Below are positions 34,173 to 43,973 of a stretch of 64,000 bases of DNA, piece by piece. Origin of the DNA: an uncultured virus (IMG/VR IMGVR_UViG_3300025821_000011). Its lineage: Duplodnaviria > Heunggongvirae > Uroviricota > Caudoviricetes > Crassvirales. The stretch lies in IMG/VR virus record IMGVR_UViG_3300025821_000011; one strand, given 5' to 3'. How positions within the stretch are numbered: position 1 is the stretch's first letter; every line of letters begins with the position of its first letter. The notes under the pieces were generated by a model. It saw only the letters and a program-made list of their open reading frames with translations, did not search any database and had not been told where the DNA came from. Both the position numbers and the translations under genes were made by a program.

Positions 34173-37100
34173 CTACGCTGGAGCTGGAAAGCAAGATTGG
34201 CCAATATAGTTTTCGTCTCCAAAGTTAACCTTCAATGATGTTCCAGACTCGCCCAAACTACACATACCTCCTGTTATAGTAGTTGTTAAAACCCTATATT
34301 CTCCAGGAGTATCAAATACTTTTTTGCTACTTACCGTTGCGTTATTTCCTACTTGTAATGTTATATTTCTAATTTCATTACTACTTGAGTCAACAGCTTG
34401 AACCCATCCACCTGTTGTGCCTTTAAATTGTATTGTAAAAGTAACAGTGTCATCGTCTGATCCGCTACCACCTACGTTTGTCAATGTTGGTGTTATATAC
34501 AGCGTTCCTTGTTCTAAAGCCCCTGTAGTATGTATTACTGTAGGTTGGCCAAAATCTCCAGGCGAACTAGGATTTTTTGCAAGAACATTATAGCTATTGG
34601 ATGAATTATTAGCAGGGTATGCAACACTCGTGCCGCTAGTACCGCTATTAAAAACGGTAACTGAGCTTGTAGGAACTGATGTAGGTGTATTATACCCTGC
34701 AAAAACAACACCTAAACTTTCACCGCAACCTGTAAATGCTGATCCTTGCCATCCTTGACACAAGGCTTTATTTATGCGATTACCTGCTGCTGATCCAATT
34801 TGAAATTGCACAGAAGCAGATAAGCTATCTAATCCGTTCCCATCAGCATCAGTAGTCTTAACAACTACATCGTAAGAAGTAGCATCTGTTAAAATAGCAT
34901 CATTAGATAATTCACCTGTTGTTGCATTTATTTGAATTTTAGCAGGAGTTTCTACAGGACTAATTGAAACTATTGACCAATTAAGCTCTGTTGTATTAAC
35001 CGTTGCATCAGCACTACCGTTTTTACCAGCTAATGTTATTATAGTTCCTACGGCTGCGCTAACTGTTGGCTGTTGAAAGTTGTCTATTACCGGAGCAACA
35101 TTTGTTAATGCTATGCTTGGTAAAACAATATTATCCGCTGGGTTAGAAGCATAGGTAACATTTGCTGTTATATTATAAACACCTGTTAGAGGTGATTGTA
35201 AAATACTATCACTATAAAAGAAATCGGTATTCGTTGGTTTTATTTGAAAAGAAGTTTGGCTTGCGTTTTTCGTTATTGTAAAAAGTGTAGAAGATAAAAC
35301 AGTATCTGCTCCATCTTTTATTGTTATAGAGTTCAATGTAACCGCGGAAGCTGGAGCAATTTGTCCATCTCCTTTTAAAAAGTTAAAACCAAAGCCTATA
35401 ATATCATTGCTAGTTATACTCTCCGGAAAAGTTGTTGCTTGAAAATTAGAACCTATTAAACCGCTGTCTTGTGAACTTACCAGTGAATTAAGCGTCGCTA
35501 AATTACCTGATAACGATGTTTCCCAATATATATCTAGCAATGATTCTACAGGTTTTGTTTCCGCTATAGATAAAAACGGCACCATTGATAACACTGATTG
35601 AGCGGGCTCGTCTTCATTTACAGAAAGAGTTGTTACATAGGCTCCTATTGGATTATTTTTATTTTGTGATTGACTACCTTTAATAATAAATGGGTTTGAG
35701 TCTCCATTGTAAAAAGTAGCGTCTGGTCCTGTTGTACCCCATGGTATTGCACCTGTAGGTTCTGGCGTTTCATTAACGCTTGTTACAGTTGTTGGATTAG
35801 CCGTGTCATCATAATTATACGCTTGTAATATGCTAGACTCACCATACTCTCCTTCTATGGCGTTTGCTTTAAAAGGAATTGCTTGTATTTCTAAATCTCT
35901 AACTGTACCTATTTGTATTATTTCTTGTTCTATATTACCAGGATAGTATTGAGCATTCCACGCTCTGTCTTGAAGATACGGAGGGCTAGCTATTGTTTTA
36001 TTATTTATCCTAGGATTATTAATCCTTATCATTATGTTTTCACTACTAGTAAAATCTCTGTCATTAGGACCTACTTCTGATAAATCTCTAGGTATTTTAT
36101 TTATATTATCGCCTAGTAATGTTGTAAAAAAGCTAGTATCCCTTTCAGCATTTTGAATACCAGTTATAGGATATCCATTAACAAATCCAGGCAAATAAAC
36201 ATTGTAATACTCTTGCTCTGTTTGTTTTACAACTATTTTATAAGAATACCAACCTAAAGGATTAGTAGCTGAATATAAACCAGGAGAGCCTGTGCTTGGA
36301 CTATAAGCTGGATTTATTTGTTCGTATAAAGTTACGTTTAAAGCATTACCAAGCCAATCAAGTATTGGAGATTGTTGCTGTGTTGTTAAATCATTATAAG
36401 GGTTAAAAACAGTAGATCCAGGTGTATTAGCCACACCATCATAAGATGATAATATAACGTCTGATTGTCTTCCGTATTTATCTGACAGCACAAAACCAAC
36501 TTGGTAAGTTCTATCTTGTTTTAATTGATGTTTCGGAAATTGAGTATAGTTGTCAAAATTTGTAGACTTGTTAGACGCAAAAGCGCTAAAAGCTATTGAA
36601 TTAGGACCAGTGTGTCTATCTAAATAATTACCATAAACAACACGGTTACCTATTATTTCTTGAGCTAATGCTCTAATAGGCACTTTATCAGACACTCTAG
36701 TTATTTGGTTGTTAGGTAATGTTTTATATGGTTTTGTTGAGCTGTAGTCATAATCTATGAAATGCTTTGTATTATTTCCGTTAACAGCATCGTAAAAGTC
36801 TATTGAGGATTCAATAGGTGTGGGAGTTAATAAATTAACAGTTTCTAAAACTTTAACAGCCAACGCGTCAGACTCCTTATAAAGTATATCAACATCAGTT
36901 ATTTTTAATTCAGAAATCGTATTAGCAACACTTGTACTAGGTATTGGTATTTTTAATAATATATTATTTATATTATTTTCAAACCAATTAACAATAGTTG
37001 ATTTATAAGTATTGTCCATATCTTGCTCGTCTGAAAAAGCACCTCCGCCAAACTGACTATATTGCTTAGGTATAAACATTACTTGGCTAAATGGGGCCAT

Positions 37101-38420
37101 TAATGAATACTCGTTATCTTCAAACTTAAATCTATAGCTAAATCTTATAAACTTATCTTCTAGTAGTTTCTCATCACCTTGCCAAGCAGCGTCATAATTT
37201 GGATTATCACTTATAGATATAACACCGGCACTTGCTAATGTAGTTGTCTTGTTTAGAGTAAAAGTTATATCTTGCCAAGTACGAAATCTTTCAGGGGCTG
37301 ATGAATTTGGGGGGTTTGAATATTGATTAACTACGCTAACACTTGCTACCCTTGTGTCTGGGCTAATACCATCACCGCTAACTAAGTCTCCTATTCTAGG
37401 TATACCGTTGTCTCCTCCGTATATAAAATTACTAGTGTCATTATCACCTAAACCCTGACCTACAGTGTATGTAGCGGTTATCGGATTAGTTGCACCTACT
37501 GCTGGTATAGGATCAATTATAACGGCTCCAGACGAATGGTTAGCCATTTCAAAATCCCTTTTATTAGTCATACTAGGTCTGCTAAAATCAATTGCAGTAC
37601 CGTTTGTTACAGTAATAGCTTTTGATAGCGTTAAAGTATTTGCTAAAACAGGAGCAATTGCTGTAGGCTTTCCTATAACTGTAACTAATTCTGTTATTTG
37701 CTGTCCGGTTATCTTGTTTCTATCAGTAATTATATCACCTACCTTTATTTTAGCGTATTCACCATTAGTGTTATCTACAACTATAGTAGCGGATGCTGAA
37801 ACATCATTAAATATGGAAGTTTGAACCCTATCCATTACTAATATTGGCTCATAAGGAGCATATTTAGCTACAGATATTTGATCTTCATTTGTGTAGTGGG
37901 TTGGAATTTCTACCGGAGGGTCTGATGGATTTGCTAAATCAACGTTAATTTTTCTAGGTTGATTAAGATTGTCAGTCCAAAACAATAAATTTTCAACTAG
38001 GTTTACACCAGTTATTCTAAAGCTTTTATTAAAGTTTAAAAAGAATCCTGTAACTAATACTTTAGGCTTTGTTTTTTCAGATACTGATAAATTTACTCTA
38101 ATTATATAGCAATTATTAGCCGCAGTGGCTCTAACTTCAGCAGCAGAATCATGATCTGTTGCAAAAAAATACGCGTAATTACTATTTTCATCAATTAATT
38201 GTCCAATTATTTCAGTACCTGCAATAGCAGGAGGTGTTAAATCACTTAAGCTAGATATAGCTGTATTACCTAAAACATTTTCAAACTCACCTACTGTAGA
38301 ACTTTCTGATCTACTTATAGATAAGTTTCTAGCTTCTCTATATTCACCATTTGGTAATATACGAGAGTCAAGATCTTGATTCATTTTCCCTTTAAGAAAG
38401 GTATTTTTAATCTCAGCCAT
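34173..38420 (-). CDS. tail stabilisation/nozzle-like structural protein
   Basis: GKMNQDLDSR..GEYREA, LFWTDNLNQPRKIN, GNRVVYGNY. Confidence 0.65.
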   Translation of the reverse strand: MAEIKNTFLKGKMNQDLDSRILPNGEYREARNLSISRSESSTVGEFENVLGNTAISSLSDLTPPAIAGTEIIGQLIDENSNYAYFFATDHDSAAEVRATAANNCYIIRVNLSVSEKTKPKVLVTGFFLNFNKSFRITGVNLVENLLFWTDNLNQPRKINVDLANPSDPPVEIPTHYTNEDQISVAKYAPYEPILVMDRVQTSIFNDVSASATIVVDNTNGEYAKIKVGDIITDRNKITGQQITELVTVIGKPTAIAPVLANTLTLSKAITVTNGTAIDFSRPSMTNKRDFEMANHSSGAVIIDPIPAVGATNPITATYTVGQGLGDNDTSNFIYGGDNGIPRIGDLVSGDGISPDTRVASVSVVNQYSNPPNSSAPERFRTWQDITFTLNKTTTLASAGVISISDNPNYDAAWQGDEKLLEDKFIRFSYRFKFEDNEYSLMAPFSQVMFIPKQYSQFGGGAFSDEQDMDNTYKSTIVNWFENNINNILLKIPIPSTSVANTISELKITDVDILYKESDALAVKVLETVNLLTPTPIESSIDFYDAVNGNNTKHFIDYDYSSTKPYKTLPNNQITRVSDKVPIRALAQEIIGNRVVYGNYLDRHTGPNSIAFSAFASNKSTNFDNYTQFPKHQLKQDRTYQVGFVLSDKYGRQSDVILSSYDGVANTPGSTVFNPYNDLTTQQQSPILDWLGNALNVTLYEQINPAYSPSTGSPGLYSATNPLGWYSYKIVVKQTEQEYYNVYLPGFVNGYPITGIQNAERDTSFFTTLLGDNINKIPRDLSEVGPNDRDFTSSENIMIRINNPRINNKTIASPPYLQDRAWNAQYYPGNIEQEIIQIGTVRDLEIQAIPFKANAIEGEYGESSILQAYNYDDTANPTTVTSVNETPEPTGAIPWGTTGPDATFYNGDSNPFIIKGSQSQNKNNPIGAYVTTLSVNEDEPAQSVLSMVPFLSIAETKPVESLLDIYWETSLSGNLATLNSLVSSQDSGLIGSNFQATTFPESITSNDIIGFGFNFLKGDGQIAPASAVTLNSITIKDGADTVLSSTLFTITKNASQTSFQIKPTNTDFFYSDSILQSPLTGVYNITANVTYASNPADNIVLPSIALTNVAPVIDNFQQPTVSAAVGTIITLAGKNGSADATVNTTELNWSIVSISPVETPAKIQINATTGELSNDAILTDATSYDVVVKTTDADGNGLDSLSASVQFQIGSAAGNRINKALCQGWQGSAFTGCGESLGVVFAGYNTPTSVPTSSVTVFNSGTSGTSVAYPANNSSNSYNVLAKNPSSPGDFGQPTVIHTTGALEQGTLYITPTLTNVGGSGSDDDTVTFTIQFKGTTGGWVQAVDSSSNEIRNITLQVGNNATVSSKKVFDTPGEYRVLTTTITGGMCSLGESGTSLKVNFGDENYIGQSCFPAPA

Positions 38421-38425
38421 TTAAT

Positions 38426-39628
38426 TTATGATTTTATCCATTTAGATTTACCTCTCATTACTTGAACAATTTCATCAAGTTTAATATTAGATAATCTTAT
38501 TTTAGCATTTCTTAATTTAGCACTTCTTTCTTGCTTTAATCTTCTAACTACATATTCAGGTTGGTTAATCCTAGAAGCTATCACAGCGTGGCTTATATGA
38601 GCATACAGAGCCTCTTCTGCCATCTTAGGAACTTTAGTATCCATATCGGAAGCTAAACCATCAGAAATATACTCTAAAACTATTAATGATCCCGCTAAAT
38701 TACTTGAGAAAGACATTTTACCTTCTCTGTGATTTATAGTAAACCATCCATTTACTTGAGCATATTGAGGATCTAATCCGTAATTTTGACCTAATATTTG
38801 TTCGTTCCATCCCCAGCTATCATAACCTTGGTTATAAAGCGCGTCTGTTACATCTTGATTTATTAAAGAATCATTAGCTGTTCTCCAACGTTCTTCTGTT
38901 ATCGATGTTCCTTCAACGTTGTTGCCAAAATTATCTTGAGTTGGTACACCTTTAGAATCTTGTATAGGGTTTTCAAACGGGTTTGTAGTTAGATTGTTCG
39001 CAGGATATATAGGTCTTTTGACACCTAGTTGATCTATCCAAGATACTGCCGTGTAGTTTACATAGTCTTGTGGTATCACAACACTTAGTTCAGGGGGTAT
39101 ATTTAGTTCTTGGGATTTAATACTTTTAAGTGTATCGTAGCTAAACTCCTGTAGTCCACGTTTAGCGTGAAATATAATATCAGTTCTGTTGCAACTCGGT
39201 ATTAGTTTACCAGTTCCAACATAAGCTACTTGAAAGTTATTTATTATATCTTCTAAAGATATGTAACCGTAGCTACCATAGTTTTCTTCAACAGTATTAC
39301 CGTAAGCATCTCTGTTTCCATATTCACCACCGCTTAGTATTTTTAATTGAACAACAACACTTGTGTTTGCCGCTAAGTTACCGGTAAAAGTAATTGTATT
39401 TCCGCTAACAGTGTAAGCTGACGTATACTCTGTATATGTCAAAACACCGGCATTTGCGGTGTAAAGCTTAAAGTTGTTTAAAGCATAGTTTTGCTGAAGA
39501 GGATCATAACTACCAAATACTAATTCAGTATCAAATGTAGTAGTGAAGGCTTGGCCAGCACCAGCTGCAGATAGATATTTTTGAACTCCTGCGTAATATT
39601 GCTGATTATTTTCTGTAATTAAGCCCAT
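38426..39628 (-). CDS. structural protein (tail ring/adaptor-like)
   Basis: 400 aa; IPQDYVNY, LEYISDG; position. Confidence 0.6.
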   Translation of the reverse strand: MGLITENNQQYYAGVQKYLSAAGAGQAFTTTFDTELVFGSYDPLQQNYALNNFKLYTANAGVLTYTEYTSAYTVSGNTITFTGNLAANTSVVVQLKILSGGEYGNRDAYGNTVEENYGSYGYISLEDIINNFQVAYVGTGKLIPSCNRTDIIFHAKRGLQEFSYDTLKSIKSQELNIPPELSVVIPQDYVNYTAVSWIDQLGVKRPIYPANNLTTNPFENPIQDSKGVPTQDNFGNNVEGTSITEERWRTANDSLINQDVTDALYNQGYDSWGWNEQILGQNYGLDPQYAQVNGWFTINHREGKMSFSSNLAGSLIVLEYISDGLASDMDTKVPKMAEEALYAHISHAVIASRINQPEYVVRRLKQERSAKLRNAKIRLSNIKLDEIVQVMRGKSKWIKS

Positions 39629-39634
39629 GTATTA

Positions 39635-40330
39635 TTAAGATTTTTCGTTTATGTCTTCTTGTTGTATTTTTTGAGATGCTACTTGTATTATAGTAGGGTC
39701 TTGAATAATAACTCCAGAGTATAATAATATACCAGTTACCACATCTACTTGTTCCGAAGGGTGTAATTCAAAGTTTACTGAAGAACTAGCGTCGTATATG
39801 TATTGTCCTAATCCTCCAATTGTATATGCCCAGTTTATCATAGCTGGTTGTTTCAAATAAGATACTTGAACATCTGTAGTTATAGTTGTAGGGTATAAGT
39901 ATATTTTATTTTCTTCGTATAAAAATACAGGTTGTTTTTTTGTTGGTGCAACTAATGGTGCTTTTTTAATTTTATACCATTCGTTTCTTTCTACCATTTG
40001 GGCTTCAATAGTATCGTTGTATATAACGGTACCTAGTCTATAAAAGTTTGATAGTGAAGCAGTTGTGAAGTGATCTGTTGAAAAAGTAGGCGCGGCTATT
40101 CTTTTAAATATATCTAGTTTTTCTTCTAGGTTTTTAACTCTATTAGCATACTCATTATCATTTTCAGGTATACGTAATTGTTGATTCAAGTCGCTCATAT
40201 ATTTTTCAAATATACCTTGCTGAACTTGATTACCTACTTTATTAAACTCGTCTGGAGTTATATAACCTCTTTGTTGTTGGTTAAGTATTAATAAGACAGT
40301 TTTATAAACTAAATCTACATTTATAGCCAT
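39635..40330 (-). CDS. structural protein (head-tail adaptor-like)
   Basis: GYITPDEFN, FELHPSE; position after the capsid genes. Confidence 0.6.
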   Translation of the reverse strand: MAINVDLVYKTVLLILNQQQRGYITPDEFNKVGNQVQQGIFEKYMSDLNQQLRIPENDNEYANRVKNLEEKLDIFKRIAAPTFSTDHFTTASLSNFYRLGTVIYNDTIEAQMVERNEWYKIKKAPLVAPTKKQPVFLYEENKIYLYPTTITTDVQVSYLKQPAMINWAYTIGGLGQYIYDASSSVNFELHPSEQVDVVTGILLYSGVIIQDPTIIQVASQKIQQEDINEKS

Positions 40331-40396
40331 TATTTATTTTTTTATTATAATACCAGCCAGCCACGATAAGTGACCAGCTAATATTAATATTACATG

Positions 40397-41230
40397 TTAT
40401 TCTAAGTTTTTCTCTACTGACCTAAAAACTTCTACACCTTCATCGGTTTTAAAGTAAGCTGCCATTGCAGAGTAAGGGTTTTCATCAAAAGGTACAGTCA
40501 TTAATTTTCTACCGTTTGATCCCCAAGTAAATGTTCTTTGATCTTGTGATAATTTAATGATACCCATTTCAGAAGCTTTTATAGCTATGTTCCTTAAGTG
40601 TACATTATCATCATTTGCTAATTCCATAAATAAATGTGGATTTCTTTTAGCAAACAACATAAGATCTCTTTTTAATTCTTTAGATGTCATGCTTGAAACT
40701 TTAGAACCTATCTCAACACGAAGTATTGCTTCGGCTTGATCTACTTCCATTGTTCTTGCAGCAATCATTGCATCTACTTCAATCTCTAAATCTTCTAATT
40801 CATTTTCTGCAATAGCTACTGGATTGTGTTCGTAGTATTTATTGCCTAATAGTGGATGATATAAAGATAATAGTTTTTGTAAGTTTTGTTTTTCTTTTTT
40901 AACATAAAGCGCTCCGTCTTTGAACATTATATGTCCTAGTGTTGCTTCTCCTTTTTGCTCATCTATTAAAGGTGAGTTTTGATTGGTTGCGTATCTGATT
41001 TCTCTTTGGATACCTTTTTCCTTATCAAACCAAAGAAGTGGGTGCCTTGATGTATGTTTAGATGAAATAGTTAACGTCAAAGGTGCTTGACCTACAACGA
41101 TATACATTCTATCTTTAATTTCCCAGGTTGGTTTTACTGGTTCTTGTTTTTTTGGTGTAGCTACTTTTGCTACTACTTCTTGCTGAGGAGCAACCTCAAC
41201 TGTCTTTGCTGGTGCTTTTTTTGCAGCCAT
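40397..41230 (-). CDS. hypothetical protein downstream of the capsid gene
   Basis: 277-aa ORF. Confidence 0.75.
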   Translation of the reverse strand: MAAKKAPAKTVEVAPQQEVVAKVATPKKQEPVKPTWEIKDRMYIVVGQAPLTLTISSKHTSRHPLLWFDKEKGIQREIRYATNQNSPLIDEQKGEATLGHIMFKDGALYVKKEKQNLQKLLSLYHPLLGNKYYEHNPVAIAENELEDLEIEVDAMIAARTMEVDQAEAILRVEIGSKVSSMTSKELKRDLMLFAKRNPHLFMELANDDNVHLRNIAIKASEMGIIKLSQDQRTFTWGSNGRKLMTVPFDENPYSAMAAYFKTDEGVEVFRSVEKNLE

Positions 41231-41316
41231 AATATAATATAATAAAAATGTGAATAAGAGTAATAATCACCCCCGTCAGTTCAACGAGGGTAACTACTAC
41301 ATTAATTTAATCGGTA

Positions 41317-42795
41317 CTAGTCTGTGAATAACACAAAGTTGTTAGCCGCTTGAGTTACTAAACATCTTTCAGATAAGAAGTGAACTTCCATAGCATCTAA
41401 ATCAGAAGTAGCAGCGCCACCTACAGATCCAGTGATCCAGTTTTTCATTCTTCTATCATCAGCTTGAGAAGCTCTATATCTTACATGTAAGAAAGGTCTT
41501 CTGATGTTAGTTCCTAATATTTGATCGTAAACTGTAGAAGTTCCAGCAGGTACTAATACTCCTTCGATACCAGCATCAGCAACACCACCACGAGTAGAAG
41601 CGTCGTTTAAGTATTTCCAGTCAGTTTTGTAGAAGTCATAAGAACCTCTTCTAAAACCAGAGAAGCCTAAGTTCAATGCCATTTCTTCAGAATTTTCAAA
41701 TACACCATAAGAACTACCTCCTTGGTATATACCAGTTCCACCTTGTTGACCAACAGTAGCTAACATATCATCAAAATCTAAAGAAGTTTCTCTATTTAAG
41801 AATAACATGTTTTCTTCGATAGCTCCTTGAGTATCCAAGTTTTTAAGAATTGAATCAAACTGAGCTAAACCAGTTGCTGCAGTAAAGTCTACTAATACAT
41901 TTCCACGGCTTTTAACAGCAGCAAAAAGACCTTCAGTACCTTTAGCAGTTGTAGTTGAACTTCCAGATTTTAATTCACCTTCTACCATAGACATTTCTAA
42001 GTAGTCTTCAAAACGTAATCTTGTTTCAGATTCAGCTTTTAAGTACCATAAGAAACCTCCTTGACCAGACTCAGTAGCTACTTCAACCCATCCAATCTGA
42101 GCAGTGTCAGATCCGTTGATTGCATACTTGTCTTTGATGATAATAGGAGAATTAGAATACTGAGTAAAAGAAGGCGTTACAGAAACTCTGTTAGCATCTC
42201 CAGTTCCTTTTCCGTATTCAGATCCATATACAAAGATCTTAAGTGCTGGTCCACCAGTCACTAAATCTATTTCAGCAGCTCCAGCTCCAGTTCCATCTAA
42301 TGCTTCTTGAGAATAAGGAGCAACAGTTAATACACCAGCACCTAAAGCACTTCCAGTAGTAGCTCCAGAAGCAACAACGTAACAGTTTAATTCTGCTCCA
42401 GTTGCTGGATTCATCACTACAATAGTAGAACCAGGAGATACAACATTTTGAATAAGAGTTGCACCAGCACCACCAACAGGTATAGTTAAAGTAGAAACTT
42501 TTGCTCCTACAGCACCTGCATTAGTTGCTATTACATTCTCATAAGAGATGTGTAATCTATTTTGCTCAGACCATACTACTTGATCAGAAGTCATTGGCAT
42601 TTCAGCTCCTACCATTCTTAAGAAACCACTTAAGGTTCTATTTCCATAACGCTCTACTTCAGCTTCATAGATTTCTGGTAAGTACTGTTGTGCGAAATCA
42701 TTCGTCCCATCAGTAAAGTTTAAATAATTGCCCTCTAAGGCTTGCTTTTTTTGCGTTGGGATTAAACTCCCGAACGCTGGACTTACATTTGCCAT
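41317..42795 (-). CDS. major capsid protein
   Basis: 492 aa after portal and scaffold; strongly biased codon use; downstream hairpin. Confidence 0.8.
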   Translation of the reverse strand: MANVSPAFGSLIPTQKKQALEGNYLNFTDGTNDFAQQYLPEIYEAEVERYGNRTLSGFLRMVGAEMPMTSDQVVWSEQNRLHISYENVIATNAGAVGAKVSTLTIPVGGAGATLIQNVVSPGSTIVVMNPATGAELNCYVVASGATTGSALGAGVLTVAPYSQEALDGTGAGAAEIDLVTGGPALKIFVYGSEYGKGTGDANRVSVTPSFTQYSNSPIIIKDKYAINGSDTAQIGWVEVATESGQGGFLWYLKAESETRLRFEDYLEMSMVEGELKSGSSTTTAKGTEGLFAAVKSRGNVLVDFTAATGLAQFDSILKNLDTQGAIEENMLFLNRETSLDFDDMLATVGQQGGTGIYQGGSSYGVFENSEEMALNLGFSGFRRGSYDFYKTDWKYLNDASTRGGVADAGIEGVLVPAGTSTVYDQILGTNIRRPFLHVRYRASQADDRRMKNWITGSVGGAATSDLDAMEVHFLSERCLVTQAANNFVLFTD

Positions 42796-42810
42796 AATTT
42801 TTAATTTTTT

Positions 42811-43941
42811 TTAGTTAAATTTTTTTGTTTTAATTCTAAGTTTAGAGTTATCGTAGCCACTAATCGACTTAACTTTTATTCCATTTACAAACTCACCTGT
42901 CCCAGTTTGCCTAGGTTCTGTGCTTGGATTTTTAGATTTACTAATTATTTCTTTAGTAGCATCTGTTTTACCTTGTTCATAAAAATGATTAATAATCTTG
43001 TCAGCATTAGAAGCTAAATAAATAGCTTTGTGATAACCTTTAGTATCCTTTATATTACCGCTATCGTCAAGAAACTTTCCTACGAAGTTATTAATACTGG
43101 ATTGGTTTTCTGCAACTTTCGACGGATCTTGTAAACCATATCTAAACTTCTTTTCACCTACATTGAAGTCAAAACCTTTGAACTCCTTTGTAAAATAATC
43201 GTTTGTTTTTGATTTAAAATCTGTGTGCTGTTGCTCAGCTACTTTTTGATCCTCTTGGTATCGGTTGAAAAACTCTGTTGCTTTTTGTTGTTCTTGAGTA
43301 GCGCCGGGTCTCAACTTGATCTCGTCGTAATATTTACTCTTAGTGTTCTCTAAAAAGCCTTTTGCTTTTGCAACTTCTTCTTTAAACGCAATTTTCTTTT
43401 TGCGTATATCTCTTTCCTCATCTAGATCTTCGTCGTAATCATAATCTTCTAAAAGAAGACTTACGTCATCAGATTCTAAATATGGTTTTGTTTTTTTATA
43501 ATATTCTTTTAACAATGCTTTGTCATCGATGTTAGAATAGTCAGCGTTTAATCTAACATAATCTTCTACTGTACCGCCAGTATCTTCCATAAAGCTAACA
43601 AGCTTTTCAATGTTTTCCGGTAATACTCTTTGATCAACTACCGGTTGAGCTTGCTGTTCGATAATTGGTTCAGCATCATCTTCACTTTCTTCAATAACCT
43701 CAATCAAACCATCTTGAGCTTGTTCTTCTGTTTTAGTTTCACCAACTATAACAACTTCTTCTTGAGCTTCTGATTCTTCTTTTACTTCAGGTATTATTAC
43801 CTTAGCAGTATCTTCAGTTATATTTTCTTTAACCTCATCTATATTAACCTTTATGGGCTCATTAGATTGGTTGCCTAATTTTTTAGGGCTTTTTTTCTTG
43901 GATTTAATTTTAAAATCCCCTTCTTGTTTTACTTCTGACAT
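42811..43941 (-). CDS. putative scaffolding protein
   Basis: Very acidic N-terminus; between portal and MCP; HFYEQGK. Confidence 0.65.
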   Translation of the reverse strand: MSEVKQEGDFKIKSKKKSPKKLGNQSNEPIKVNIDEVKENITEDTAKVIIPEVKEESEAQEEVVIVGETKTEEQAQDGLIEVIEESEDDAEPIIEQQAQPVVDQRVLPENIEKLVSFMEDTGGTVEDYVRLNADYSNIDDKALLKEYYKKTKPYLESDDVSLLLEDYDYDEDLDEERDIRKKKIAFKEEVAKAKGFLENTKSKYYDEIKLRPGATQEQQKATEFFNRYQEDQKVAEQQHTDFKSKTNDYFTKEFKGFDFNVGEKKFRYGLQDPSKVAENQSSINNFVGKFLDDSGNIKDTKGYHKAIYLASNADKIINHFYEQGKTDATKEIISKSKNPSTEPRQTGTGEFVNGIKVKSISGYDNSKLRIKTKKFN

Positions 43942-43973
43942 AATATAATATAATTAAATAATTGTTTGTAATC